Position numbers and translations under genes: made by a program. The notes under the pieces were generated by a model. The model did not search any database. It was not told the origin of the DNA and saw only the letters and a list, made by a program, of their open reading frames with translations. From contig CAVSFE010000002.1 in assembly GCA_963727315.1 (NCBI GenBank), forward strand, positions 407,723-471,722: DNA of 64,000 nucleotides, read 5' to 3'. Position 1 is the first letter of the stretch, and every line of letters begins with the position of its first letter. This stretch comes from an uncultured Chloroflexia bacterium (GTDB lineage Bacteria > Chloroflexota > Dehalococcoidia > Dehalococcoidales > RBG-16-60-22). Shown here piece by piece: positions 33,985 to 42,079 of this stretch.

Positions 33985-34003
33985 TCCCGTATGCGCTACC
34001 AAT
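33985..34003 (+). repeat. direct repeat copy 2 (attR-like core) TCCCGTATGCGCTACCAAT
   Basis: Exact 19/19 match to 11508-11526. It is not part of a tRNA here. Confidence 0.85.
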
Positions 34004-34035
34004 AACCAAACCAACAATCTTAAAAGGAGATATAA

Positions 34036-34524
34036 ATGGCGAAGAAGAAGTACGCAAAATACGTGTTCTCCGGGTTCAGGGAGGAAATGAACCTACCGTT
34101 CATCGCCAAGCCGCAGGCATATTTCCGGGGGGCCAGTCAAATACCGGGGGCGGGTGTCAACATGGGGTGGCAACTGTTTATCAAGCCGATATTGCTGGAA
34201 ACGGAGCCTCATACCCATAACGCCGACGAATACCTGATTTTCCTGGGCCATGACCCCGCCGACTGGTTCAGCAGCTTTGACGCGGAGATCGATTTATTCA
34301 TCGGGGAGGAGATGGAAAAATATCTCATCGACAAGCCGACGATTGTCTATATTCCGCCCAATCTAACCCACTGCCCGCTTGACTTCCGGGTCATCAACAA
34401 GCCCGTGCTGTTCACGGCGCTGCTACAGACGCCGATATTTACCAAGACGATGAAGGGAAAGGAATATAAGTTCGACGGACCGGACGCCAAGGGCAATATC
34501 TCCGGGGAGATGTCTAAAATATAA
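34036..34524 (+). CDS. small cupin-like hypothetical protein (paralog family with 41636..42079 and 42072..42560)
   Basis: ...ETEPHTHNADEYLIFLGHDPADWFSSFDAEIDLFIGEEMEKYLIDKPTIVYIPPNLTHCPL... shares the H.H...DE....G.DP......GEIE...G.......VP.G..H.P pattern with the other two. Confidence 0.6.
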   Translation: MAKKKYAKYVFSGFREEMNLPFIAKPQAYFRGASQIPGAGVNMGWQLFIKPILLETEPHTHNADEYLIFLGHDPADWFSSFDAEIDLFIGEEMEKYLIDKPTIVYIPPNLTHCPLDFRVINKPVLFTALLQTPIFTKTMKGKEYKFDGPDAKGNISGEMSKI

Positions 34525-34562
34525 CTGGCGCGTGACCCAAGTATGCGCAGACTATCTTCATG

Positions 34563-36134
34563 CTAAGATACCTGATATTCATAGCGCGTCGAAGCGTCAA
34601 AGACGCAATAGATGTGCCGGCGCCCCTCCACGATATGGAGCACCGGCTTGAGAAGGCCTTCCCCCGTCCTGACCAGGTCGTCCAGTGAATTCAGCCGAAC
34701 AACCGTATCGCCAGGTTTAACCTCGGGCAACTCTTTTATCTCCACGATAATGTTCTTATATTTCTTCTGTACCTGCTGCGCTTCCTTTTCCCCGGCGGTG
34801 AGCTCGCCCGGGCGCCGCCAGAAGTACCACAAAAGGGCGAAGACGAACAAAACGAGGATAACGCCGGCGACGATAGGAAGCAGTATCCTGGCCCGTGAGA
34901 CAGACACCCGCAGATATTTCTCAGCCTGATGAACGACCCTGGTCGACTTGATAGATCCCTGCAAAGACTGGGTCAGGTTGCCGCTCCAGACAAGCGTGTC
35001 TCCCGCCAGATCCGCGCTAATGCTCGGCGTGAAATTGGCATCTATTGGCCCGGAATCCGTATCGGCCAAAGTATGGACCTCTGCCCTGATAGTGAGATTG
35101 CGGGCCGTTGCAGAAACCCCCGTTTCCCGCTGAATGGAATTAAATAGCTCGGAGTAGCTTTCCAGGTCGAGGGGAAAGGTGACGGTAAAGTCCCCGCTCT
35201 TATCGATCCGGGGGACAAGCTCAATAGTCTTCGACCATTTTTCCGGAGCCTGCAAAATGGCGTCTACAACCACCGTTTCATCAAGCTTCTTGACTGGCTG
35301 GCTTGATACCAGGTGGTAAGAAAAGGTCACGTCCACGGCATCGATAAGCCGGGATATGATAATGTCCCCGGGACCAGCGATTTCAGGCGCGGGAGGGGTC
35401 GGCGGTATCACGGAGGGAGGCTTCAGGACTATCGCGCCAAAAGGGGAATCAGGCTTGAGGAAAACCTCATAATCGAATGCCCCCTGCTGCTCGTAATTCA
35501 AGTCGCCGACATAACCGGGGGTAGCCTGGGCTAAATCCCCCTGCACCTCAAGAAGCGGCCCTCTCAAGCGCATCGGCAGGGTCTGGGTAAAGCTCTCGAA
35601 CACCGGCCCAGTGTCCGTGTTAACGACAGCGTAGACGCTGGCGGTGATAGTAATGGCGCTGCCCGAGGCATTGTCGCCGAAAATGACGTAACCGGCCGAA
35701 ACATTGGCAGTGATGTCCAGGGGGAAGCTAACCGTGAAATCGCCCGTTTCCGAGGTAACGGGCACGAGGACGATTTCCTGCTGCTCCGAAGCCACGGAGC
35801 TTGGCACCACCGCCCTGACCTCGACTTCCTCAGACGTTCCCGATACCGGCCCGTCAGGCACGAACCTGTAGCTGAAAGAGAGGTCGAAGCGGTCGATAGA
35901 CGCCGCGGGGTATTTCATAAGGTCGGGGGGAGGCGGCGTCTCCTGGGGCGCGGTGCCATAAAGGTACGAAGGCTTTAGAGTAACCTGATAGTCAAAAGTG
36001 CCCTGGTTATCATAATCGAGCAGCGTCACTTCCTCGGTCACGGCTTTCTCCGCAGGCAGGCCGTAGACCTGGTAAATACCAACCAGCGAAGCGACCAGCA
36101 AGATAAAAGTGACGATGATAAGGGCTATTTTCAT
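34563..36134 (-). CDS. bitopic membrane protein with an internally duplicated extracytoplasmic domain (DUF5305-like), linked to SipW/TasA
   Basis: An N-terminal TM, two ~190-aa repeats (each ...YDNQGTFDYQVTLKP.../...YEQQGAFDYEVFLKP..., ...GDFTVSFPLD.../...GDFTVTFPLD...), a C-terminal TM (ILLPIVAGVILVLFVFALLWYFW) and a ~90-aa cytoplasmic tail. Confidence 0.55.
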   Translation of the reverse strand: MKIALIIVTFILLVASLVGIYQVYGLPAEKAVTEEVTLLDYDNQGTFDYQVTLKPSYLYGTAPQETPPPPDLMKYPAASIDRFDLSFSYRFVPDGPVSGTSEEVEVRAVVPSSVASEQQEIVLVPVTSETGDFTVSFPLDITANVSAGYVIFGDNASGSAITITASVYAVVNTDTGPVFESFTQTLPMRLRGPLLEVQGDLAQATPGYVGDLNYEQQGAFDYEVFLKPDSPFGAIVLKPPSVIPPTPPAPEIAGPGDIIISRLIDAVDVTFSYHLVSSQPVKKLDETVVVDAILQAPEKWSKTIELVPRIDKSGDFTVTFPLDLESYSELFNSIQRETGVSATARNLTIRAEVHTLADTDSGPIDANFTPSISADLAGDTLVWSGNLTQSLQGSIKSTRVVHQAEKYLRVSVSRARILLPIVAGVILVLFVFALLWYFWRRPGELTAGEKEAQQVQKKYKNIIVEIKELPEVKPGDTVVRLNSLDDLVRTGEGLLKPVLHIVEGRRHIYCVFDASTRYEYQVS

Positions 36135-36168
36135 GTCAATAAGGCTGTTCTCTAGATTTTTCCCGCGA

Positions 36169-36846
36169 CTATCCCGCCGTAAGGGTGTAAATCATGCTGA
36201 GCACGAAGGTATCGCCCTGGAATTCGTTGCCGGCATTCTCATGGAACTTAACGCTCATTTCAAAGTCGGCTTTATCATCGGGGCAGGACGGAAGATTTTT
36301 CAGAGGCCTTTGCTTGAGGTCAGCGAAGGTTATCCTCCCATCCCGATCAACATCCTGAATCTGCCAGTCCTTGCTGGTCAGTACAGAGCTATATCCTTTC
36401 CCCGTTGTCCTGGTAGCTTTGCCGGTCAGACAGTTGATCTGCCATACCTCATTTTTACAGGTATATTCGTAGATGCACCTGGTAATGACCATATATTTCG
36501 CCATCCTGTCCGGCTGGGCAGGCGCCCAGGAGTTATACTGGCAGGTTATCCCCAACTCCCCTTTATCGACCTTGCGAGGGAACTGAGCGGATAAGCCGAC
36601 AAAGCAGCCGTTAAAGGCAAACTCGTCGCCCGGCGCCATGTTGCTGGCGGTCCACGTCGCATGGACGCCGTCCCTCCAGGTCTCATTCTGGTCACATATC
36701 TTCAGGTCGAGCGGCTGCACCTGTCCGGGGTGATAGGGAGGACAATAAGGGGGCACATAACAGGCATAGGCCGCGCCGATGGAACCGCTGGCGAAAACAA
36801 CGGCCATCGCGACCAGAAGAACGATTTTTAACTTAGCACGCGGCAT
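36169..36846 (-). CDS. secreted TasA/camelysin-like protein, variant with a Cys/Pro-rich N-terminus and an EF-hand loop
   Basis: Signal peptide, then YACYVPPYCPPYHPG. TasA-like motifs are MAPGDEFAFNGCF and the C-terminal NEFQGDTFVLSMIYTLTAG. DVDRDGRITFAD fits DxDxDGxIxxxD. Confidence 0.55.
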   Translation of the reverse strand: MPRAKLKIVLLVAMAVVFASGSIGAAYACYVPPYCPPYHPGQVQPLDLKICDQNETWRDGVHATWTASNMAPGDEFAFNGCFVGLSAQFPRKVDKGELGITCQYNSWAPAQPDRMAKYMVITRCIYEYTCKNEVWQINCLTGKATRTTGKGYSSVLTSKDWQIQDVDRDGRITFADLKQRPLKNLPSCPDDKADFEMSVKFHENAGNEFQGDTFVLSMIYTLTAG

Positions 36847-36913
36847 TAAATTCCCCTGACCGTTTATATTATAATGCGCATTACCATAAAAGCAATCAGA
36901 CCGACTTCCTATC

Positions 36914-37525
36914 CTATCTTATAAAAGCCTTCCTTTGCTTCATTAATCTTTCGCGTCGCCGCTTGAGAGCTTCCTGTCGACGCTTTTCTTCCGGATGGAG
37001 CGCTTCGCGCAGGGCATCTTTGAGAGTCAAGGCGATGAAAGCCAGACCGAGCGGCAGAACCACCAGCACCGCCACCGGCAGCCCTCTCCCCAGGACGTTG
37101 ACCCGCTGCCGGCCAAACTCGGCGAGCCGGGCCAGATTACCGATATAGGGCAGGTATAATACCTCTTTCCCGGCGACGGCCCCAGCCGGGACGGGGTTGA
37201 GGTCGGGCTCTTCGTTGGCGTCACCCTGGGTCCGGAAGACGCGGCCGGCACCGGTCTCCTGTACGTCGATAACGCGGTGGCAGATGGGCGTATTGATGCC
37301 CGGAAGCTTGAAGGAGATGACGTCTCCAATTTTGACCTGCTGGACGTCCACAGGCTTAATAACGACCAGGCCCCCGACCGCCAGCGCCGGCTCCATGCTG
37401 CCGGAGAGCACGGCATCGAACTCCCAGCCGTACTGCGCCGCGATCAAGACGAAGGAGACAACCAGGAGCACCAGCGCCAGCGCCGCCCAGACGAGCCATG
37501 CTAGCAGTTTACTTATTATTTTCAC
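36914..37525 (-). CDS. sipW: signal peptidase I, SipW/archaeal-ER type (S26B)
   Basis: N-terminal TM, SGSMEP (catalytic Ser), ...ICHRVI... (His), GDAN and a C-terminal TM. Confidence 0.8.
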   Translation of the reverse strand: MKIISKLLAWLVWAALALVLLVVSFVLIAAQYGWEFDAVLSGSMEPALAVGGLVVIKPVDVQQVKIGDVISFKLPGINTPICHRVIDVQETGAGRVFRTQGDANEEPDLNPVPAGAVAGKEVLYLPYIGNLARLAEFGRQRVNVLGRGLPVAVLVVLPLGLAFIALTLKDALREALHPEEKRRQEALKRRRERLMKQRKAFIR

Positions 37526-37659
37526 TCCTATGCTGTTGATTATTTATAATAACACTTTGTTTTGTTGAGGGGGCGCCCCGCGCGGTGGGGCGCCCCGTTA
37601 TTTTTAACAGGCTGAGATAAGCTCAGCTTCAGGCTTGGTTAGACTTTATCTGACGCTGT

Positions 37660-38466
37660 TTACGGGCCTAGAGTTGCATCAAGCAAGGATTCGACCAGTT
37701 GATCGTCAGGATAAGCATCTCTCGCAGAACCGATAAAATCAACCTCGAACGTAGCCGTATCGCCCTGATAAGCATTGGTTACCGCTGTTGATAGCTGAAA
37801 CGTGAATTTGAAGCATGCAATAGAACCGGCGGGTAAAGCCGGGTTGGGGAAGTAGGCTGGGTCATTCAACAACAAGAGGGATGTAACATGGTCACCGCTG
37901 CCGTAATTCCTGGCATACCACAAGTCCCAAAGAGAAATCTCGCCGTCCAGAGCGAAGCCCGCTGGTGACGCTGAGTTCCAAGATGTGGATCCATTCCAAT
38001 AAGCCAGAAAAGCGTTGGCGGTGCTTGTGTCGAATACAGTGTGTTGATACCAAATGCCTCCGTTATTGCTTTCATCAACGGATTTGAGTATGAGATATTT
38101 CGAGATGTCGTTAATAGTGTCACCAGGATCTACAGCTGCTTCCGCGTCGGTATAAGCTCCGCCGCCTTCGACAAGGTTGCAGAAACGAGCCCATATCCAT
38201 CTGATGTCCATGGTGCCTACATTCTTAAGATACACCACGCCGGTTGTAAACTCTTGGCCCGGGGCAAGGTTGGCGGGCGAGTTGAAACTTGCACTAACAC
38301 CATTGTTAGTATAACCTTCGTCGTTGTCGGCTATTTGCAGGTCTAGCGTTCCGGCCCCCATGACGTTGCCCGTGCTCTTCTCCACATCCGTAAAGTAGGC
38401 GAAGGCGCCGCCCACTATACCCAGGCAGAGCACACATGCCATTAACGTGAAAAGTAGTTTCTTCAT
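37660..38466 (-). CDS. TasA/camelysin family secreted protein (SipW-type signal peptide)
   Basis: MKKLLFTLMACVLCLGIVGGAFAYFTDVEKSTGNVMGAGTLDL is the classic AxA-YFTD SipW-dependent N-terminus. LAPGQEF...YLKNVG and C-terminal NAYQGDTATFEVDF are also present. Confidence 0.8.
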   Translation of the reverse strand: MKKLLFTLMACVLCLGIVGGAFAYFTDVEKSTGNVMGAGTLDLQIADNDEGYTNNGVSASFNSPANLAPGQEFTTGVVYLKNVGTMDIRWIWARFCNLVEGGGAYTDAEAAVDPGDTINDISKYLILKSVDESNNGGIWYQHTVFDTSTANAFLAYWNGSTSWNSASPAGFALDGEISLWDLWYARNYGSGDHVTSLLLLNDPAYFPNPALPAGSIACFKFTFQLSTAVTNAYQGDTATFEVDFIGSARDAYPDDQLVESLLDATLGP

Positions 38467-38620
38467 TTTTCCTTTTTCTCCTTTGTTTGTTTTTTATTTT
38501 TATAGTTTTACCGGTCTTTCCCGTTTGCCACCGGGTCTTTTCCCCGGCGCCATTTGCTCCCGTGGCTGAACTCACTTCAGCCCACCCATCGATTTCTCGA
38601 TACAACCACCTCCTTTTTTA

Positions 38621-39280
38621 TTAAGTCGACTGGTCGCCCCCGGAAAAGCCATAGCCCACGCCCCTCACGCCGAATATCTTAAAGCCGGACAGCTTGCGGC
38701 GCAGGCGCCGTACATAGTAATGGAGATTGTCCAGGCTGATGTCTTTCCCTCCCCACACCTCAGTAATAAGCTGCGGGTAGTCAACGAGCCTGCCCTCGTT
38801 GGAGAGCAGACAGTTACCGAGACGGCACTCGATAGGGCTGAGGCCTTCCGTGCCGGCCTCCGGGCGGATATGGCTCTCGACCCCAACCCCGGTGCCCCCG
38901 GGAGGGTCGTCATCGCCCCGGTGTTTAAGCAGGGAATTCACCCTGGCCACCACCTCCCGACCGCTCGGCGGACTAATGATGCAGGCATCCACCCCGAGCT
39001 CAAGCATCTCCACCACCTCCTCGCGGCGGCCGATGGCAATCAGAGGCAAATAGCTCGCCTGGCGCAGGCGCAGACAGGCATCCTCCCCGTTCACCGACGG
39101 CAGGTCGGTGCTGGCAATGACCACGTCGGGATGCAGGCCGTATATCTTTTTCAAGCCGTCAGCAGCGTCGGCCGCTTCGACCACCTCATAACCCGCCTCC
39201 CGCAAAGCCTCGACGGCCTCAACCGAAGACGCCCTGTCCTTCTCCACAATGAGAACCACGGCTTTTTTCATGGCAAACAC
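38621..39280 (-). CDS. OmpR/PhoB-type regulator with a degenerate receiver domain
   Basis: C-terminal winged helix: LSPIECRLGNCLL...YYVRRLRRKL...RGVGYGF. The receiver positions read EKD (not DD), VVIASTDLP (Ser where the phospho-acceptor Asp aligns) and ISPP (no KPF Lys). Confidence 0.7.
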   Translation of the reverse strand: MFAMKKAVVLIVEKDRASSVEAVEALREAGYEVVEAADAADGLKKIYGLHPDVVIASTDLPSVNGEDACLRLRQASYLPLIAIGRREEVVEMLELGVDACIISPPSGREVVARVNSLLKHRGDDDPPGGTGVGVESHIRPEAGTEGLSPIECRLGNCLLSNEGRLVDYPQLITEVWGGKDISLDNLHYYVRRLRRKLSGFKIFGVRGVGYGFSGGDQST

Positions 39281-39466
39281 CCGAAAATCAACCCAACTCT
39301 ATCACGCCAACGTGGATATTCGGGTGCTCAAAGTGCCTGATAAAGTGGAAATTGGTGCCATTTCGGTGGCAAATCGGTACAAAAATGACGAAAAGGAACA
39401 AACGGTGATAAAAGGAAAAATCAGAAATGAAGTCGAGAAACGGCTATATCAGGTAAGCCGATAGAT

Positions 39467-40159
39467 TCAGACTTCCGGCCTGACGAACCGATAGCCTACT
39501 CCCCGTTCGCTGAGGAGCATGCGGGGATTCTCCGGGTCCGGCTCGAGCTTGGAACGGAGACGGTAAATATATTTCTTGACAAAGGTATGGTCGTCAGTAT
39601 ACTCCGAGCCCCAGACCCTTTCCAGCAGCAGGCTGTGGGGTAAGACCCGCCCCTCATTCTGGGCCAGTTCCGTCAGCAGGCTGTACTCGTGGGGGGTAAG
39701 CCGGACAGGCCGGCCGGCCAGCGAGACATGGCGCGTGCTGAAATTAATAGTCAGCTCACCGGCGGAAAACATATGTTCGTGCTTGTAGCCGAGCCCGTGA
39801 GCGCGGCGCAACAACGCGGTCACCCTGGCGACCAGCTCGATGGGACTGAACGGCCTGTGGATATAGTCGTCGGCCCCCGCCTCCAATACCATCGCCCGGT
39901 CAATATCGCTTTCTCCCGCAATCAGGACGAGCAGAGGGACATCAAAGAACCGGCGAATCTCGCCGATAACGCCGGTGATATTTATTTCCGGCAAAGACGA
40001 CGAAATCAAGATAAGGTCCGGCAGCTCGGCCTCAATCACCTTCACCGACTGGACCCAACGGGACGAAGACACGGTAACGACCTCCGGGTACCGCACCGCC
40101 AGACAGAAAGCGATGTTATTGACGGCCTGCTGGTCGTCCTCAATGATGAGGACTTTCAT
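39467..40159 (-). CDS. OmpR/PhoB-type regulator with a degenerate receiver domain
   Basis: Winged helix: LTPHEYSLLTELAQNEG...YIYRLRSKLE...RGVGYRF. The receiver reads LILISSSLP (Ser at the acceptor position), VLIAG (no Thr/Ser) and IHRPF (Arg for Lys). Confidence 0.75.
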   Translation of the reverse strand: MKVLIIEDDQQAVNNIAFCLAVRYPEVVTVSSSRWVQSVKVIEAELPDLILISSSLPEINITGVIGEIRRFFDVPLLVLIAGESDIDRAMVLEAGADDYIHRPFSPIELVARVTALLRRAHGLGYKHEHMFSAGELTINFSTRHVSLAGRPVRLTPHEYSLLTELAQNEGRVLPHSLLLERVWGSEYTDDHTFVKKYIYRLRSKLEPDPENPRMLLSERGVGYRFVRPEV

Positions 40160-40545
40160 GCCCTTACCTCTATCTATTAGTTAAGTCGGGGGGGGATTTA
40201 CCTAAAAGTACATAAAATGAACCTACAGGTACAAAGAGGGGAAAAAGACTTTTATAATACATACGCCGTCATAATAATTTGGCTAAATAGTTAATGTCAA
40301 GTAATTTTTTTAACTTTTCCTCCCAATCTAGTACTTTATGCCTAGTACCGATGGCCATGGCCACACCAATTCTTACAGGATTTTGCCAATTGACATATTT
40401 TTTTCCGATAATATATAATAATGTGTAAAGTTGCCAATTTATGAAGGATTTTTCCTACATACAAATTAAAATACTTATTATATAATTACAAATATTAGTG
40501 ATTTTTTAACATATCGCGGTCGTCGTTCATGATACTATTATACTT

Positions 40546-40920
40546 ATGACCAATAAAGATTCAGCCTTTGTATCCTTCTTAAAGGAAGTCATGCGGCGGC
40601 ACCAGCGCAAGCCCAGTCAGCTGGCGGCCGAACTGGGCATCAGCCATGCCACGGTAAGCCGCTGGCTTTCGGGCAGGGACATACCGAACACCCGTTCCTG
40701 CCAGAGACTGGCCGACTACAGCGGGGTACCGGTCCAGAAGGTCCTGGCGATTGTCGGCCACATTCCCAGAGTAGCCGAGAAACCGGCCGCAGAGTGGCCC
40801 GAGTTCCGAGAGTATGCTCTCAACAAATATCCAGCCGAGCTGGATGAAGACCTGATTACCATGATTGAGGACTTAATCGAACGGCGCAGAGCGAAAAAAT
40901 ATGGAGAGAAAGACTCCTAG
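40546..40920 (+). CDS. XRE-family helix-turn-helix protein
   Basis: KPSQLAAELGISHATVSRWLSGRDIPN is an HTH_3-type motif. Confidence 0.75.
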   Translation: MTNKDSAFVSFLKEVMRRHQRKPSQLAAELGISHATVSRWLSGRDIPNTRSCQRLADYSGVPVQKVLAIVGHIPRVAEKPAAEWPEFREYALNKYPAELDEDLITMIEDLIERRRAKKYGEKDS

Positions 40921-41608
40921 TTGGGAATCTGAACTCTGGTCATATCTTAGTTGCGGAGACGGCACCAACTGCCCGATGTACTCATCCTGCCAGCTCAGGG
41001 GAGGCAACGTCAGGTGTTTCAGCGAAAACCTGGGATATTACAGGCTGGTGAATGAGTTCATTGACGAAGACGGGTTCGAGCTTAGCAATCCGTCAGGTGA
41101 AAAATTCGTATTCTCCACGTGCCCCGGCAGCGGGAGGATTTTCCAACTCGTCAGAAGACTAGCTCAAAGATATATTAACGAGGCGGGGATTAATCAACCG
41201 CCCGTTCCAACCAGCCTCATCACTCGTTCCAACGGCAATATCCCCATCGAAGTACGGAAGGTGCCGCTGAAGGCTTACCGCGGCGCCGTCTGGCGGCTGA
41301 GCAACTGCTGGGTGGTCCAGCTTAACAGCAACGACCCAACAGCCCGACAGAGGTTCACGCTATACCACGAGATTTTCCATATCCTGGCGCACAGCAAAGC
41401 GACTCCCGTGTTCAAAAAGGCAGGCTGCGACCTGGAAGGCTCTTTCAACGAGATGTTGGCCGACCATTTCGCCGCCGCCTGTCTTTTACCCGATAAACTG
41501 CTGAAGAAAATGTGGACCAGGATAAAAGACGTAAACAGGATGGCAACGGTCTTCGACGTTCCCCGGCCGGTAGTGTGGCTATCGCTCAAGATCCTGGGCC
41601 TGACTTAA
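40901..41608 (+). CDS. ImmA/IrrE-family metallopeptidase
   Basis: HEXXH is present as FTLYHEIFHILAH. It overlaps the XRE gene by 20 nt, which is the typical XRE-ImmA pairing. Confidence 0.7.
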   Translation: MERKTPSWESELWSYLSCGDGTNCPMYSSCQLRGGNVRCFSENLGYYRLVNEFIDEDGFELSNPSGEKFVFSTCPGSGRIFQLVRRLAQRYINEAGINQPPVPTSLITRSNGNIPIEVRKVPLKAYRGAVWRLSNCWVVQLNSNDPTARQRFTLYHEIFHILAHSKATPVFKKAGCDLEGSFNEMLADHFAAACLLPDKLLKKMWTRIKDVNRMATVFDVPRPVVWLSLKILGLT

Positions 41609-41635
41609 TATTCCTATCATTAACTTAATATAGCC

Positions 41636-42079
41636 TTATTGATATTTCTTGCCCATGCCAGCGGTAAAGTGGAACATCGGCTTATCGATGCGCCTGATGT
41701 TTATCGGCCCGTGCTCGACGCCGGCGGGGACGAAGGCGATAAAGCTCTTATCGATGAAGTTCTGCTTGCCGTCGATCCATATTTCTATTTCGCCGTTGAG
41801 GTTGTAAGGGTCTTCAGGGTCGGAGCCGACCCAGGCGATGGTCTCATCGTAATCATGGCGATGCGCCCCGACGGTGCGGTTCTTGAGCCCTCCCGTTTTC
41901 TCCGGCCAATCACCGGGGAAGAACCATGCGGTCTCCATATAGAACGCCCCTTTTTTCACGTCGCTGTCCAGGGAAAGCAGTCGCCGCGCCTCGTTATCCG
42001 CGAACACGGGCGTCCAGGGTGAGTCGCCGACGACGTCCCGCAACTCCGTCACGAAGTATTTTTTGTCCCATTTAGCCAT
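41636..42079 (-). CDS. small cupin-like hypothetical protein
   Basis: The ATG at 42079 (MAKWDKKYF...) follows GGAGCAGGAAAC. HRHDYDETIAWVGSDPEDPYNLNGEIEIWIDG...VPAGVEHGP. The track ORF start (42145) overlaps the upstream paralog. Confidence 0.6.
   Translation of the reverse strand: MAKWDKKYFVTELRDVVGDSPWTPVFADNEARRLLSLDSDVKKGAFYMETAWFFPGDWPEKTGGLKNRTVGAHRHDYDETIAWVGSDPEDPYNLNGEIEIWIDGKQNFIDKSFIAFVPAGVEHGPINIRRIDKPMFHFTAGMGKKYQ

Larger units (their letters stand above)
11508..34003. mobile_element. putative tRNA-Glu-integrated genomic island (~22.5 kb), no intact integrase
   Basis: An exact 19-nt direct repeat marks both ends, the first copy being the tRNA 3' end. The DNA between is visibly more AT-rich than both flanks. 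Matching tandem TTTGCTAAC motifs sit just inside both ends. Confidence 0.6.
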
